From NCBI GenBank assembly GCA_025594325.1, contig JANHCV010000002.1, positions 2,232,001-2,296,000 of the forward strand: 64,000 bases of DNA. The letters run 5' to 3'. The notes below the pieces were generated by a model that saw only the letters and a program-made list of their open reading frames with translations, was not told the DNA's origin and made no database searches. This DNA comes from Blastocladiella emersonii ATCC 22665 (lineage: Eukaryota > Fungi > Blastocladiomycota). This document shows, one piece after another, positions 44,455-56,483 of this stretch (position 1 is the stretch's first letter; every line of letters begins with the position of its first letter). The translations under genes were made by a program, and so were the position numbers.

Positions 44455-45772
44455 TCAAAGACGGGTCCCACGAGCGGCCATGACGCGCCTGTACTCGGTC
44501 CAAAGAACATTTGCGACGCGGTTCCGAAGCGAGATACCGCGCTGACGAGCTCCGTCCAGCGAGGCCTCGAGGACAGCGGCCTCGTCGTCCTCCTCGTTCT
44601 CGTCGTCCAGGGGCTCGCGCCCACGTACTGGCGCCTCACGCGCCGCGTCCCGCGCGCGCCGGAGCTCCGTCTCGGCGTCGCGAAAGAAGGCGTCGCCGCC
44701 TTGGTTCCACTTGTTGATCATGTTGTGCAGCGTGCAGAGCGCGTACACAAGCTTGACTTGAGTCTTGATTGGGTAGGCCGCGCCAATCGAGAGGACGCGG
44801 AACCGCTTCTTGAGCACGCCAAAGATATGCTCAATGGAGTTGCGGAGCGACGCGTGACGCAGATTGAAAAGCTCTTCGCTGTTCTCAACTCTACGTACGT
44901 TGGTGAAGCAGATGAGATGGCGCCAACGTGATGGTCATGGCAGTGAGAACGTACCCATCCTTGCCGCGGGCAAACTCGCGAAGATGATAGCGGGTACCGC
45001 TGAAGGGCACGATGATGGACGTGCGGTTTGCGTAGCCGCCGTCGGCGAGGTAGAAGCGGCCGGCGGGGATCTTGAACCCACGGGCGAAGGCGTCCGAGAG
45101 CACGCGCGAGTCGTGCGCCTTGCCCTCCCACCCTGCGAGAACGTAGGTGAAGTTCAAGTCAAAGTCGCAGGCAGCGAGGACATTTGAGGAGATGGTCCCC
45201 TTGCGGTTTCGGAACGAGTCGTGAAGCTTGGCGGGCACAACAAACGGGATGTGCGTTCCGTCAAGCGCGCCGACCGCGTTCTGGAACGGAGCGTATTTCG
45301 GGTCGTGGGCGATGCGCTCATGCACGGGCGTAGAATCGGACGGCTGGACAATGAACTCGGGCATCAGGCGGTACAGAGCGTCGAGCACCTGCTTCAGAAC
45401 CCTGGACGCGGTCTCGCCAGAGATTTGGAACCGCTCCCTGAGGTTGCGGTTGGTGCTGCCCTCGCCGGCCATGACAAGAAAAACCATGAAGCGCGCCTCG
45501 ACGGACAGCTCGCGGCCGTCGGTGAGAAGTCCACGGTCGCGGAACAGGCGGCAGATGGCCTTGAAGGTCTCGCGGGGCATACGGGCGATTTCCGAGAAAC
45601 GCGTTTCGCTGTTACACGTCAGCAGCTCTTGAACCCACGACTCGCCGGAAAGCGTGGACGTGCGGATAGGCTCCCGCGAGCGGCGCTCGTTGCGAGCAGC
45701 GAGACGTCGCAGGAGAGCGAGGGCGGCCGTGAGCATGAGGCCGCGCAGCTTGCGGTTGTATCCCTTGCCCAT
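44455..45772 (-). CDS. Harbinger/PIF DDE transposase, join(45772..44955,44890..44455)
   Basis: The translated ORF segments match copy 1; DDE motifs intact. Confidence 0.92.
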
Positions 45773-46419
45773 GTTGTTTGAGGGCTCGAGAACACGATGC
45801 GTGAGGTTAGGTGTTGATTCGTTGCAATAAGTGCGGCTGCAAAGAGGTGGGAAAGATTTTATTGCGGGGGGGGGGGGGGGAGGGGCGTTCATCCAGCGGG
45901 GCGTTTGGTTCGCACGGCCGCTGAGATGAACGGGGGTGAGGTGAAACGTGGCAACTTTTTCAGCTGATCCACCTGATCTGAACCAAACGGACCCTAAAAT
46001 GATTCGATTGTGGCTTCTCACGGGGACGAAAGCTCTCAGCTAAGAGTGCAAGGAGGTTAGTTCACCGCTCAATGGTGACAGGAGATCAACGCGAGCGCTT
46101 CAGAAACAGCTCGCAGCGAACGCTGCGCGAGTCCCTGGATTAGCGGACGAGACGGTAACGAAGGATGCGGGTGGGCTTGTTGGCCTCGCGACAACTTCAG
46201 CTGCCCGAAGGTGCCGTTAAGTGCATTGCGATTAATCAACAGGGACACTGCGATGCGTTCGGAAGCTGTGCGTTACATCGCACTTGCTCGCGCGAAGGTC
46301 ATGTAACGTGACCACTTCAAGCCACTACCAAGCGGAAAGGGGATCAAGGGGATTGATGTGAAGGTGGATGTATTGCGAGTACAAGATCAGTTCCGCCATC
46401 ACCCAACGCAAATTGCCGG

Positions 46420-47736
46420 TTAGCAGCACATGTCGCAACCAATGTTGATGTCAGCAATCGCAGCAAGATCAGTGACTGCGCCAGCGAGGTTCGTGCCGAG
46501 CACGAGATCCGAGGCGCCGTCCTGGTTCACGTCCATGGCGCCATCGATCAGGCCGTCGTGGTTGGTGTCCGCGTTCGTCTCGAGCACACCGTCGCCGTCG
46601 TAGTCGATGCCAATAGACTGCGTGCCGTCAAGGTTGGTCTCGAGGCGCGTCTCGTGGTAGCCGTCGCCACTCACAGCACCGTCCGAGAACACGGGCGCGT
46701 CCGTGCTCACGTAGGTGACGGAGCCTTCAGCTGAAAACATAGCGACCGTGTCGGCGTACCCGTCGCCGTTCATGTCGTGCTCGAGCATCGTGGTGCCGTC
46801 CGTGTAGTGCGTCGCCGTCACGTCGGTCACGCCGTCGCCGTCAATATCGACGCGATCGACCACGGTGCCGTCCTCGAGCGTCTCGACGATGCGCTCTTGG
46901 CGCCCGTCGCCGTCGCGGTCCTCGGTGGCCATGGACCCGCTGGCGGGGGCCGACTCGTCCTCGGTCTCGTCGCGTGCCTCGCCAGCGACGGGCGCGAAGG
47001 CGGGCTCGTAGAGCAGCTCGGGGCGGTTCGCGGACACGTTGGCCGTCTGCGTGTCGCTGCCGTCGGCCGCGTCAATGAGTTCAGCGACCTCGGCCCAGGT
47101 GACGCCCGGGTTGTTGGCGACCACGTTGGCGAGAGCGTTGGAGAACAGGCCGCCGTCAGGGTCGTCGCCCGAGTTCTCGTGCGGGGCGGTCGCCGACAGG
47201 ACCACGACGTTGCCGGCAATGTCCGAGTCGCCGAGATCGATGTCGGCGATCGTGCCCGACCGACACGAATCGCATACCATGGTCATGTTGGCGCCCTCGG
47301 GCAGGTCGGCGAGGATCGCGCGAATCTCGTCGTCCGTGATGGGCCCGTCCGAGCACTGAATGAACTCGTCCTTGCCGTCGCCCTCGTCCCCGTTCTGGTC
47401 GGCCGTCTGGCCGCCGTGGCCCGCAAAGGAAAAGAGGAGAGTGTCGCCGGGTTGGGCCTAGATGGTTGTGAAGCGAGTGGGCAAACACCATGTCAGCATG
47501 GGCGCGGAAACCTTCTCGTGATCGCGACAGCATACCGAGGTAACCATTTCGCGAAGGCTGCCGAGCACCTGCTCGCGCGTGATGGGCGCGTCCGTGTCGG
47601 TGACAGTGTTGATATCCTCGATTCCCATGCTGGCGGCCACGTCCGACATGGTGTACGCGTCCATGTCGCAGCCCTCAAGCGAGCCGCTGGTGCCGGGGTA
47701 GTTGAGGCCGAAGCAGATGGCGACCGAGTTGGGCAT
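46420..47736 (-). CDS. Metacaspase/caspase-family (C14) protease with C-terminal DxDxDG repeats, join(47736..47536,47457..46420), 412 aa
   Basis: AICFGLNYPG...LEGCDMDA, spliced AQPGDTLLFSFAGHGGQ..DQNGDEGDGKDEFI, MVCDSCRSGT, GLFSNAL. Confidence 0.88.
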
Positions 47737-48522
47737 GGTGGGCGAGGGGGGGTTGGTCGTTGCGTCGATTCAATGAGTGTTGAGAGAGAGAACGGGCTGT
47801 CCTGCGCGGGATGGTGGTGCATTTATAGGCTCGCGCAAACTACAAGGCCGCGCAACGCCTCGATGTGACTTGTACTGTTCCGCGCCAAACGAACGGAAGG
47901 ATCGCTCGCGCGCGCGCTGAAGGCGGGGTGCGTGCCTGCGACAGTAACGGCCAGGCCTCGTGCTGGATCCACAGTATCAATATTCCACAAACTCACATTC
48001 CGAGCTTCCTTTTCCACGCTGCGACGCGTCTTCCTTGCTGTGGTGGCGCAGCGACGCGTCGAGAAGTCGCGTCCGCATCAGACTCGGATCACACAGGCCA
48101 TCCCTACTCGGCTTCCAGAGAGCGCTTTCCGCGAATCGATGCGAGGAAGCACCGGTGACAAGGTGGGTGCGTGAATCCGGAGCGACTTTCGCGAGTTAAA
48201 TGCTTTGCTGCGACATGACTGAGCGCGTCGTGTGAAGTGTTCTGTGCGAGTACGTTAGCGAGCGCCACGAGCGAAATTCGGCTATGGACTTTGGACGCGC
48301 GTGACTCGCTTCGGCTTCTCGCATGTTTGAAATCTGCAAGGAGAGCGCGAACCGCGGGCCGCCTGCAGTCGTGGCAAGCACTGGCCGCGACTTCAAGTGT
48401 GACCCTGCTTTGCTGAGTCGTCGCATACGGGCTCGATCCAAACCGCCCTTGTAAACAACAATCGATTTTATTCCATACTTTAGGACAGGTCCCGCACGAG
48501 CGTTCCGTTACCCGTGATTATG

Positions 48523-49883
48523 TCAACTGAACAGATTCTTCAGGGAGGACATGATGCGCTTGCGCTTGCTCCGACTCGCTTGCGACAACCGCGTCGGGCG
48601 TTCTTCGACCAGCCCCTCTGCTTCGACACGCACAGCGTCCTGATACCCGCCCAGTGGGACGACCAGCGCAGCTGAAGACCACCCGCCCGTGGCGAGGTGG
48701 ATCACGGCCTTGGTGCGGTCCTGCTCGAAGCACGCCATGAGCTTGGGCTCTTTGAAGGAACCACGCTCGTGCCCGTTGGCGCCGTTCGCGTGCGCGCCCC
48801 ACGTGTGCACGGACCCGTCGTCGGTGATGACCCGTGGTGCCAGTCGCCCGTCGCGAGGCTGCACACGCCAGCGGGCAACTCGCGTGGGGCCGGGTTATCC
48901 GGCTTGAGGAACAGCACGCGACGCGTGGTGCGGACCCCAATGGTACGAAAGAAGCAGTTGAGCTCGACAATAGACTCGCGCGGGCCAGAGGTCGCAACGG
49001 CAAACACCTCGAGCCAGGGGTCCGAATCGGCGGCGTAGGCTGAGCGTTGGTAGACGTGCGTCGCTGTAGCCACCACCAAGTCGCTCTCAACGTTTCCAAC
49101 GAACCGGACGCCTGGGTGCGGGAACGTGTCCTTGAATATCGTGCCGTAGCAGAACGAGACGACCCGCTTGCTCGCCGCGTCGTACGTGACGACATGCTCC
49201 CAGCCCGACCCGACGATGAGTGACGCGGGGCCGAGGTCGTCCTCGTCCTCCTCGTACCCCGCCCAGCTCGACCAGTGCTCAAACTCCTCGCGCTTCTTCC
49301 ACAAGTCAGTCCTGACCCACCGCCCGTTCTTGGTGAGGACCGCCACGCCGTACCGCGCAGGAACCACGCGGCGCACATCGCGGCGGATGACCGTGAGCCG
49401 GTTGCGCTGTTCGCCCGCATCATCAACGACGCGCCCGAGCACCGCGAGAGTTCCGTCGCCGTAAACGACGTACAGCGCGGTCCCGCCCATGGCGAGCTGC
49501 GTGATCGGCTCGGATACGCCTCTGGGCGTCTTGAGGACGACGGGGACGTGGCCGGGGTTGCGCGGGTTGGCCTCGCGCGCCATCTCACCCCACGCGTGGA
49601 TCTGGGTGCGGCACACGGTCGCGAAGTAGAGGTCGCGCGGCGAGACGTTGAGCTGGAGCTTGCGCGCACGGGCGAGGATGACGTGCGCGAACTGCGATGC
49701 GTGCGCGCGCAGGAGACTGTTCCAGAGATCTTCATCCGCGTTTGACAGCATCGTGTGCCACTTGCGCGAGAGCCGTGACACGTTCAGCACGTCGAGCGGC
49801 GCGCACCGCGCCAGGATGTTCTCGAGCGCGTCAAGCGGCAGGTCCTCGAGCGTCATTTTGGGCTGGTCTGGAGAATGATTCAT
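48523..49883 (-). CDS. F-box plus RCC1-like repeat protein (SAF1/Pof9-like architecture); frameshift near 48835
   Basis: LEDLPLDALENILARCAPLDVLNVSRLSRKW; IHAWG, ITQLAMGG, LATGDWH, ITDDGSVHTWG, LATGGWSS. One G missing in a G-run joins the two ORFs. Confidence 0.72.
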
Positions 49884-50266
49884 TGTAACGCTGTTGGAGA
49901 GCGAGATTCGCCGGCGGACAGGGCACCACTTTTAAACCAAGGAGCAAAGGTTGAACAGTAAGCTCGGCCGTTACTGGTCCCCCTTCGAGCCAGAACCGTC
50001 ATCGTTTTCGAACCGAAGAGCGCGTCTAGTCGAACGTCATCACGTGGAACGACCGACGCGTCTCTCCCACCTCGCGGTTCCGCCTCAATTCGCAAGAGCG
50101 TCCTGCTTGCCGACCACTCGCACTATCCTGTGGTCGCTTTCAAAATGATTCGAGTGCATAGTTGAGGAGCTGCATCACAAAATGTATCAATAGAGGAGAA
50201 GATGAACCAAACGACAAGCAGCAAGAGCGAGAAAGAAAACAAAGAGCTTTGGAGAGCGACCAGCAA

Positions 50267-52086
50267 CTAGCACGAAGGAAGTCCGGTCACGGGCTTCTTG
50301 TTGCACTGGCCGAGGCAGCCTCTGCCACAGTAGGCAGCCGAGATCCCGCACCACCCGTACTGCGAGCAGCACATGCCGGACGGGCACAGCTGGTTGACCG
50401 AGCACTGGCTGGCGCCGACGGGCAGGATGCAGCGGCGGTTGGGCGAACCGGGGACGCCCGTTCCGTCTGACGGCGGGCTGGGCGTCGTAGCCGTGGGCGA
50501 CGGGTTGGGCGAGCGGCTGTCGCACTTGGGCAGTTTCGGAATCGGGCGCTTGTTGCACTGGCTCTTGCATCCTAGCGATGGGTCGCGAGGGAAGGGTTAG
50601 GCTCGGGATCAGCACGCGTTCTTGCAAGCGTAATGAGTCGCGTACCAAACTTGCAGTACTGCGCCGAGGTGCCGCACCATCCGTACTGCGAGCAGCACTG
50701 GCCGCCGGGGCCCAGGCGGAGGCCAGAGCACTGCACCGCCGACGACGCGAGCACGCAGCGGCCGCTCGCGTCCGTTGGCGTTGCCGGCGCGGTCGTCGTC
50801 GTAGAAGTGGTGGTCGAGGCGGATGCCGTCCTGGAGCTGGCGGTGGTCGTAGGGACCGGCGGAGCAGTGGTGGTCGCGGTCGTAGTCGCGGTTGTGGGCG
50901 AGAAGATGACCGTCGAAGCCGTGAACGGGGTCGTGAAGCTCACGCCGCTCGTGAGATCAGCGGGAAGAGTGGAAGCCGTGAACGAGGGCGTGGAGCTCAC
51001 GCCAGCCGTGAGATCGGCGGGAAGAGTGGAAGCCGTGAACGAGGGCGTGGAGCTTACGCCGCCCGTGAGATCGACGGGAAGAGTGGAAGCCGTGACCGCC
51101 GCGGTAGCCGCGCTCGCGCTACCCGCCGAATCGTTGGGAAGGGTCCCGGTCCAAGACGGACTTGACGCAGACTGGGTGGCGGTGCCGGTAGTGCCCGTGA
51201 GGTCGCCAGAGAGAGTCGTCGAAGTCGTGGTCGACAGAAAGCGCGAAGTGGTGGTTGAGGCGCTGGAGGAACTGGAAGAGGTCGAGACAGAGCGCGAGGA
51301 CGAGGAGGTGTCGGAGGTGGTTGCAGAACTGGTTGACGCAGAGGTGGTCCACGTAGCCAGCGAAGAAGCCGTGGTGCTGGAGGAGAAACTCGGGGTATAC
51401 GACCAGGTAGTGGAGAACGTAGACGTGGACGTTGTCGTTGAAGTCGTTGGCGTAAAGAGCGTCGAGGTGGCGGTCGCGCTGGTCGCGGAAGCAGCGGGCG
51501 CTCCGCGCGCGGATCCAGCGATGCGGATGTTGCTGATCTTGTACCCGGTTGCGCCCGACCACATAAAAGCGTTGGCGCGCGACCCGTCGGCGAAGGTCCC
51601 GTTGACCAACTGGAACGCGCTCACCGGAATCGAGACGGTTCCCTGCGGAGCGTTGGCCTTGAACGTCCAGTAGTAGTGCATGTTGGCAGTCGAGCACGCG
51701 GCGTCGCGGTTCTGGAACGCGACGAGCAGCGCCGCGCTGGGTGAGGGCGCCTCGTAGCTGAAGTACAGCATGTCCACGTTGAAGCAGGTGTTGGCCGGCG
51801 CGACAACCTCGGTCCACTGCCCGCCGACCTACACACGGACGAGTTGTTTTGGGTCAGCCGAGTCTTCGGGGATGACAATGCTGGTGCAGGGGCGAGCGAT
51901 ACGAACACCAAGAGCAGCGCCATTGGCGAGCGTGACCGACTTGCCGACGCGCGAGAAGCCGAGGTTGTTGATGGGCGAGGAGTTGGACAGCGAAAAGTCG
52001 TCGACGAGGATCTGCGCGGGCGGCGCCGCGCGGGCAACAAAGCCTAGGATCGCCGCGAGGACGATGGCGAAGAAGGCGCGCGTCAT
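50267..52086 (-). CDS. Secreted protein: signal peptide, beta-sandwich domain, Ser/Thr linker, two CBM18 chitin-binding domains; two introns
   Basis: [20 protein letters not shown]; [17 protein letters not shown] and [25 protein letters not shown] after splicing; introns ending at 51829 and at about 50573. Confidence 0.85.
50915..51094. repeat. Coding tandem repeat, 3 x 57 bp (19 aa) in the Ser/Thr linker
   Basis: gaagccgtga recurs at 50915, 50972, 51029 and 51086. Confidence 0.9.
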
Positions 52087-52668
52087 GAAGGCCGTGGTGC
52101 GCGTCGAACTTGTTAAGCAGAGCGCGAGGGAGGGGCGACGACAATGCTGGCGACGTCGCGGGCGAGAGAAAGGAAAGCGACGGGGCGGCCGCGGCGCTCT
52201 TGAACTCAGCGAGTCGTAGTACGCCCGATTATGGAACAAAGGTAGGCTTGTAAACAACGGCCGTCGCCCTCACCGCACTCACCGCACTCCCACGTCGCCC
52301 TTGTCCCGGCAGTCCGGATGGGCTGCCCACGATTTCCACGCCGTGCGACTGGGCACTGTGTCCTCGTGGGGCCCGGCCTGACGACCAGATCCATGCGAGG
52401 CATCCATGGACTGCGGGGTCGGGATCGCGCTCGGCCGGCGACACAACCTGTTACGACGTGCGATCATAAATGTGTTGCAGCAAGTTACGGCGTCGCTCTC
52501 AATGCATTCGCTCTCATGCGCTTCTCGGGTCGGGAGAGCAACGGGCCGCGTGACGCGCGCGCAACTCGGCGTGCGCCTTGAGGCGCGTCCCTCCGCTCCT
52601 CCCCTCCCTTCTCCCTCAAGCCGCAAAATGAAGCATGAACACATTGCATGAAACAATTCAACGCAGAT

Positions 52669-54021
52669 TCAACGGTCGAATCCGTCGTCCGCCTCGTCAA
52701 CCGGCACATCATACGCCGCCAGCGCCATCTGGTCAGCGATGAGCAGTGCGGAGGCGACCTGCATCTGCAACTGCATCTGCCCGTCGTGCTCATCACGCTT
52801 GTCGCGCTCGTCGTGCGCGTGCTTGAGGTCGGACGCCGTCAGCTGCGGCGCGCCCGCCACATAGTTGTCCTCGACCTCACCGTCCACGTTGTTCGGCGGT
52901 GCAGTGGTGTCCGGCAGCGCCGCCCCGCTCGGGTGGACCGGCTTCAGGACCGAAGGCACCGGCATCGCGTAGATGGGCGCGTTCGGGGTGGCCAGCGGAT
53001 GCGTTGCGGCCGGGATGAGTGTGGTCGACTCGTGCGGCGCTGGCGCAGCGGGCGATGCGGCGGCGCGGTTGGCGACCGCGTGCGACGCGAGTGCCTTGGC
53101 AATCGCGGCCGACTTGGATTTGTGAGCCGATTCGATAGCAGGCGGCGGGCCCGTGAACGCGTCGGGACCTGGCACGGTGAGCGCTGCCTCGCCGACCGCT
53201 ACCGTGTGAGCAGCGTCAGTCGCTGTCACTTCGTACGCGAATGCGGACACGCGGAACATGTGCTTCCATTCGTCGATCTCGTCGGCACCGCCCATATCGA
53301 GGTCGGCGGGGGCCACGACGCGCGGGAACTTGGTGAATGCGATGCGCGTGATCGGCTCGACCATCTCGTCCGTCTCGCTGCCGCCGTCGCTGGCAAACTT
53401 GCTCGCGATCGTCGGGACTGGGTAATGTACCTCGTCGATGTGCACCTCGCTGCCAGCGGGGACCCAGTGCAGCGTGAAGCCCGGGTGAGCGACGCGCATG
53501 GCCGCGACCACGCGCACGCTGCCCATGACGGCGGCGTGGATCACATCCTCGTCATCGGTTGTGAGTTCGAGCCCGTCGAAGATGGTGCAGACGCGGGCGA
53601 CGACTGCGGCCACGGCCTGTGTCCACACGCGCGGCATCGGCTTGCCCGGCGGTTTGACGTGCGTCTCGACCATCTGCCACACGGCGCGCGCGTGGTCCGC
53701 GGCGTCGGACGTGGTCGGGAACCACCCAGAGACCGCGGCCAGCACCGCGTGCGTGACGAGCGCAGTCAGGTACGGCTGGGCGAGGTCGCGCGAGAAGTCG
53801 AGGTCCGATTCGGGCGACGCGCCGATCAGGGCGCGGAGATGTGCCACGGCGCCCTTGGCCACGGCCGCGGACGAGGCGTGGCGCATCAGGAAGTGCCCGG
53901 CGACGGCCTCCAGCAGGTCCTGCGCCTTCTTGAGCGAGCGTGCCATGCGCGACAGGTCGAACTTGATCTCCTGCTCGGTGTCAGCAGGTGGCGCCTCAGC
54001 GAGCGCCAGCGTCAGCTCCAT
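52669..54021 (-). CDS. Hypothetical protein, 450 aa; weak resemblance to the MIEAP/GIL1-type C-terminal fold
   Basis: Helical region, then AMRVAHPGFTLHWVPAGSEV...IAFTKFPRVV...FRVSAFAY; the domain call is low-confidence recall. Confidence 0.6.
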   Translation of the reverse strand: MELTLALAEAPPADTEQEIKFDLSRMARSLKKAQDLLEAVAGHFLMRHASSAAVAKGAVAHLRALIGASPESDLDFSRDLAQPYLTALVTHAVLAAVSGWFPTTSDAADHARAVWQMVETHVKPPGKPMPRVWTQAVAAVVARVCTIFDGLELTTDDEDVIHAAVMGSVRVVAAMRVAHPGFTLHWVPAGSEVHIDEVHYPVPTIASKFASDGGSETDEMVEPITRIAFTKFPRVVAPADLDMGGADEIDEWKHMFRVSAFAYEVTATDAAHTVAVGEAALTVPGPDAFTGPPPAIESAHKSKSAAIAKALASHAVANRAAASPAAPAPHESTTLIPAATHPLATPNAPIYAMPVPSVLKPVHPSGAALPDTTAPPNNVDGEVEDNYVAGAPQLTASDLKHAHDERDKRDEHDGQMQLQMQVASALLIADQMALAAYDVPVDEADDGFDR

Positions 54022-54401
54022 CGTGACAGCTGCGAGGGTGAGAGTAGACAGGATGGAGCCGCGGTGTGAGACTCGAGGTGCTTCCTACTTCTACGCGGAA
54101 CCTCATGAGATCAAGTTGCTGACAGTAAACTCAAGGAAACCTACTGTTGAACGTGAACCTAGCCTTGACAGGTGAGTTTCTACCGTTCTCGTCAGTTGTT
54201 CGCCGCTGCGATTCGCCCGTCAAGTCCGCGCTGGAACTTCAACCTTCCAGGCGTGATCTAGCCTGATCCTCGCGTGAGAGAACACTTTCGGAAGCTCGAG
54301 CCGATAGAAAATAGATATGTAAACAGCCATATTTGCATTTTGAGGCAAAGGTATAGGTATAAGAAGCGGAGAGGGAGGAGCGATGAGATGCGCACATGGA
54401 T

Positions 54402-55696
54402 CTACTCACCATCGTTGCCATCATCAGCCTCAAAATCAGCCATGTCGACCATAAAGTCGCCCCCGTCGTCAACGGTGGATTCTACCGGCTCAATGAAAGC
54501 ACCCGCGGGCATGGCGATGCCAGCGCTCTCCTCAAAGTGCCACATGGGCTCGGCCGATGCAGTCGTGTCCATCGTCAGCGCCTCGCTGGACACGCCGTGA
54601 CGGTTCTCGTCAATCTGCTGGTGCGCCCACCCGGACGGCCGATAGTCGTCCCAGGACATGCCAACGTCCTCGTAGCCGTTGCCGTTGCCCGAGGCGGGAC
54701 CGTAGTACGCGGCCGAATCCTGCGTCGTGTCCTGGGTCGCGCTGTTCCCCTCGTCACGCTGCTGGCGCGACGTCGTCTCGCCGTAGCCCGGCGCGAGCAT
54801 GCCGGCACCAGTAGCGCCCACGCCCGTGTCGTTGTCGCCGCCGCCACGAGCAAACCCGCCGCCGTTGTTGGACATGAGGTTGACGGCCGTGGCGCTGAGG
54901 CCGGCGATGGCGCTGGCCGCCATGGCGAACGGCGAGATGATGCTGGCGTTCTCGCGCAGGCGCTCCTTGAAGGTCTGGAGGCCGCGGGCCTGGTGCTGCA
55001 GGTCGACGCAGGCCTGGCGCTCGAGGCACAGGGTGAAGATCGAGTTCTCGTCGGCGGGGCGCGAGGCGTCGCCGGTGAGGCGCGCGGCGAGCGGCGCGCT
55101 GCGGGCGAGGCGGCCCGACTTGGACTTTTCAATGACGAGGCGCTTGTTGGACTTGACGTGGATCAGCGACACGGCGAGCTGCGACGACGGGTCCTTGATG
55201 ATCCGCCACAGCACCTCCTGCGAGTTGATGTCCTCGGTCGCGAAGAAGCGGCCGTTCGCGTGCGCGGCGAGGAGCTGCTTGGTGCGGGGCAGGTGGATGA
55301 CGACCTGCTGGTCGCGCGCCTGCTTGCTGTCGTAGGGCTTGAGCGACGTCTTCTTGTGGCCCTCGGGGTTCTCGGCGTCGTCGGGGTCCTCGACCAGGGC
55401 AAAGAACTCGAAGAAGGCGAGCTTGGCGCCCTCGCGCAGCGGGTCGACCTTGCCGACCATCAGGTTGGTGCCTGACGGGTCCGCGACGGACTCGGCCAGA
55501 ATGTACTGCTCGCGGTCCTTGTACTGGACAGCGAAGGGCACGGTGATCTCGACGCCGTGGTTGCCCTTCTCGCGGAGCTCGTCAAGCGCCGACGACAGCT
55601 CGCCCGACTTGATGGCGGCGGCCACGTTCTCGGCCGCGATCGGGACCATGGGCGCGAGCTTCTTGGCCGCGGCGGCGGTCGCAGCGGCGGCAGCGG

Positions 55697-55730
<34 letters not shown>

Positions 55731-56483
55731 GCCGGGCGCAGCAGGCACGGGCGGCGCGACGACAGCGGGGCGGGCTGGCGCGGCGGCAGCGGGACGGGCC
55801 TGTGCCGGCTGCGCGGGAACGCGGGGAGCAGCAGCGGGCGCGGCCTTAATGTCGACCTTGGGGACCGGCGACGCGTGGTAGGCGAGCTTGACGCCAATGA
55901 GCGACTCGGGCTCGGTGACGGGGACCATGGCGAGCTTGCCGTCCTTGATGCCGAATGCAAACTCGGGCTTGGCGTTGGATACGAGCGCGTAGACGTCGGG
56001 GTGGCCCTGCATCTCCTACTCGACAGATCGAAAAAGGACGAGGGAGTGAGCCGCCAAGTGGAGCAGGACAACGAGAGCGCGAAGCGAACGTACCAAGAGC
56101 GTCCAGGCCTGGTTCGAGTATGCCCGCATGCTCGCAAACAGCCGGTAGCCGCCGACGTTGACAAAGTAGATGCGCGACCCAGGAAAGTGGACGGCCATGA
56201 CGGCCTTCTCGGCGGCGAGGCGCGGCAGGTCGGCGGGCGTGGCGGGATCCTTGACGGCGCTGCCCACGATGGGCCGCAGCGACGCCTGCATGCTGGGCTG
56301 AGCCCAGTCGGCGAGGTTGGCGAGCTTCGGAGTGCCGCGGTCGAGCTGCAGCAGCGTGCCGGGCTTGACGGGCGTCGAGGAACCCGCCATGGCCACGGCG
56401 AGGTACGGGTAGCCCTCGGCGGGCGGCGCGAGGTCCGTCTGCGGCGCGGGACCAGTTGAGGCGGGAGGCGAGGCGGCGAGCAT
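54402..56483 (-). CDS. Protein with two beta-trefoil-like repeats, polyQ linker, hydrophobic helix and acidic tail; intron 56093..56016
   Basis: The 78-nt GTACGT..TAG intron joins two ORFs; internal similarity between AVHFPGSRIYF..RLFA and VIHLPRTKQLL..RFFA. Confidence 0.65.
55698..55727 (-). repeat. (CAG)10 microsatellite encoding polyQ
   Basis: (ctg)10 on the + strand. Confidence 0.9.

Larger units (their letters stand above)
42743..45994. mobile_element. PIF/Harbinger DNA transposon copy 2 (3252 bp, full length) with TAA target-site duplication
   Basis: TAA 42740-42742 | GGGCCCGTTTGGTTC...GAACCAAACGGACCC | TAA 45995-45997; carries convergent Myb-like and transposase genes. Confidence 0.95.

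Noticed and set aside
50915-51094. CRISPR-like direct repeats
   Set aside because: Contiguous 57-bp in-frame coding repeats without unique spacers; no cas genes.
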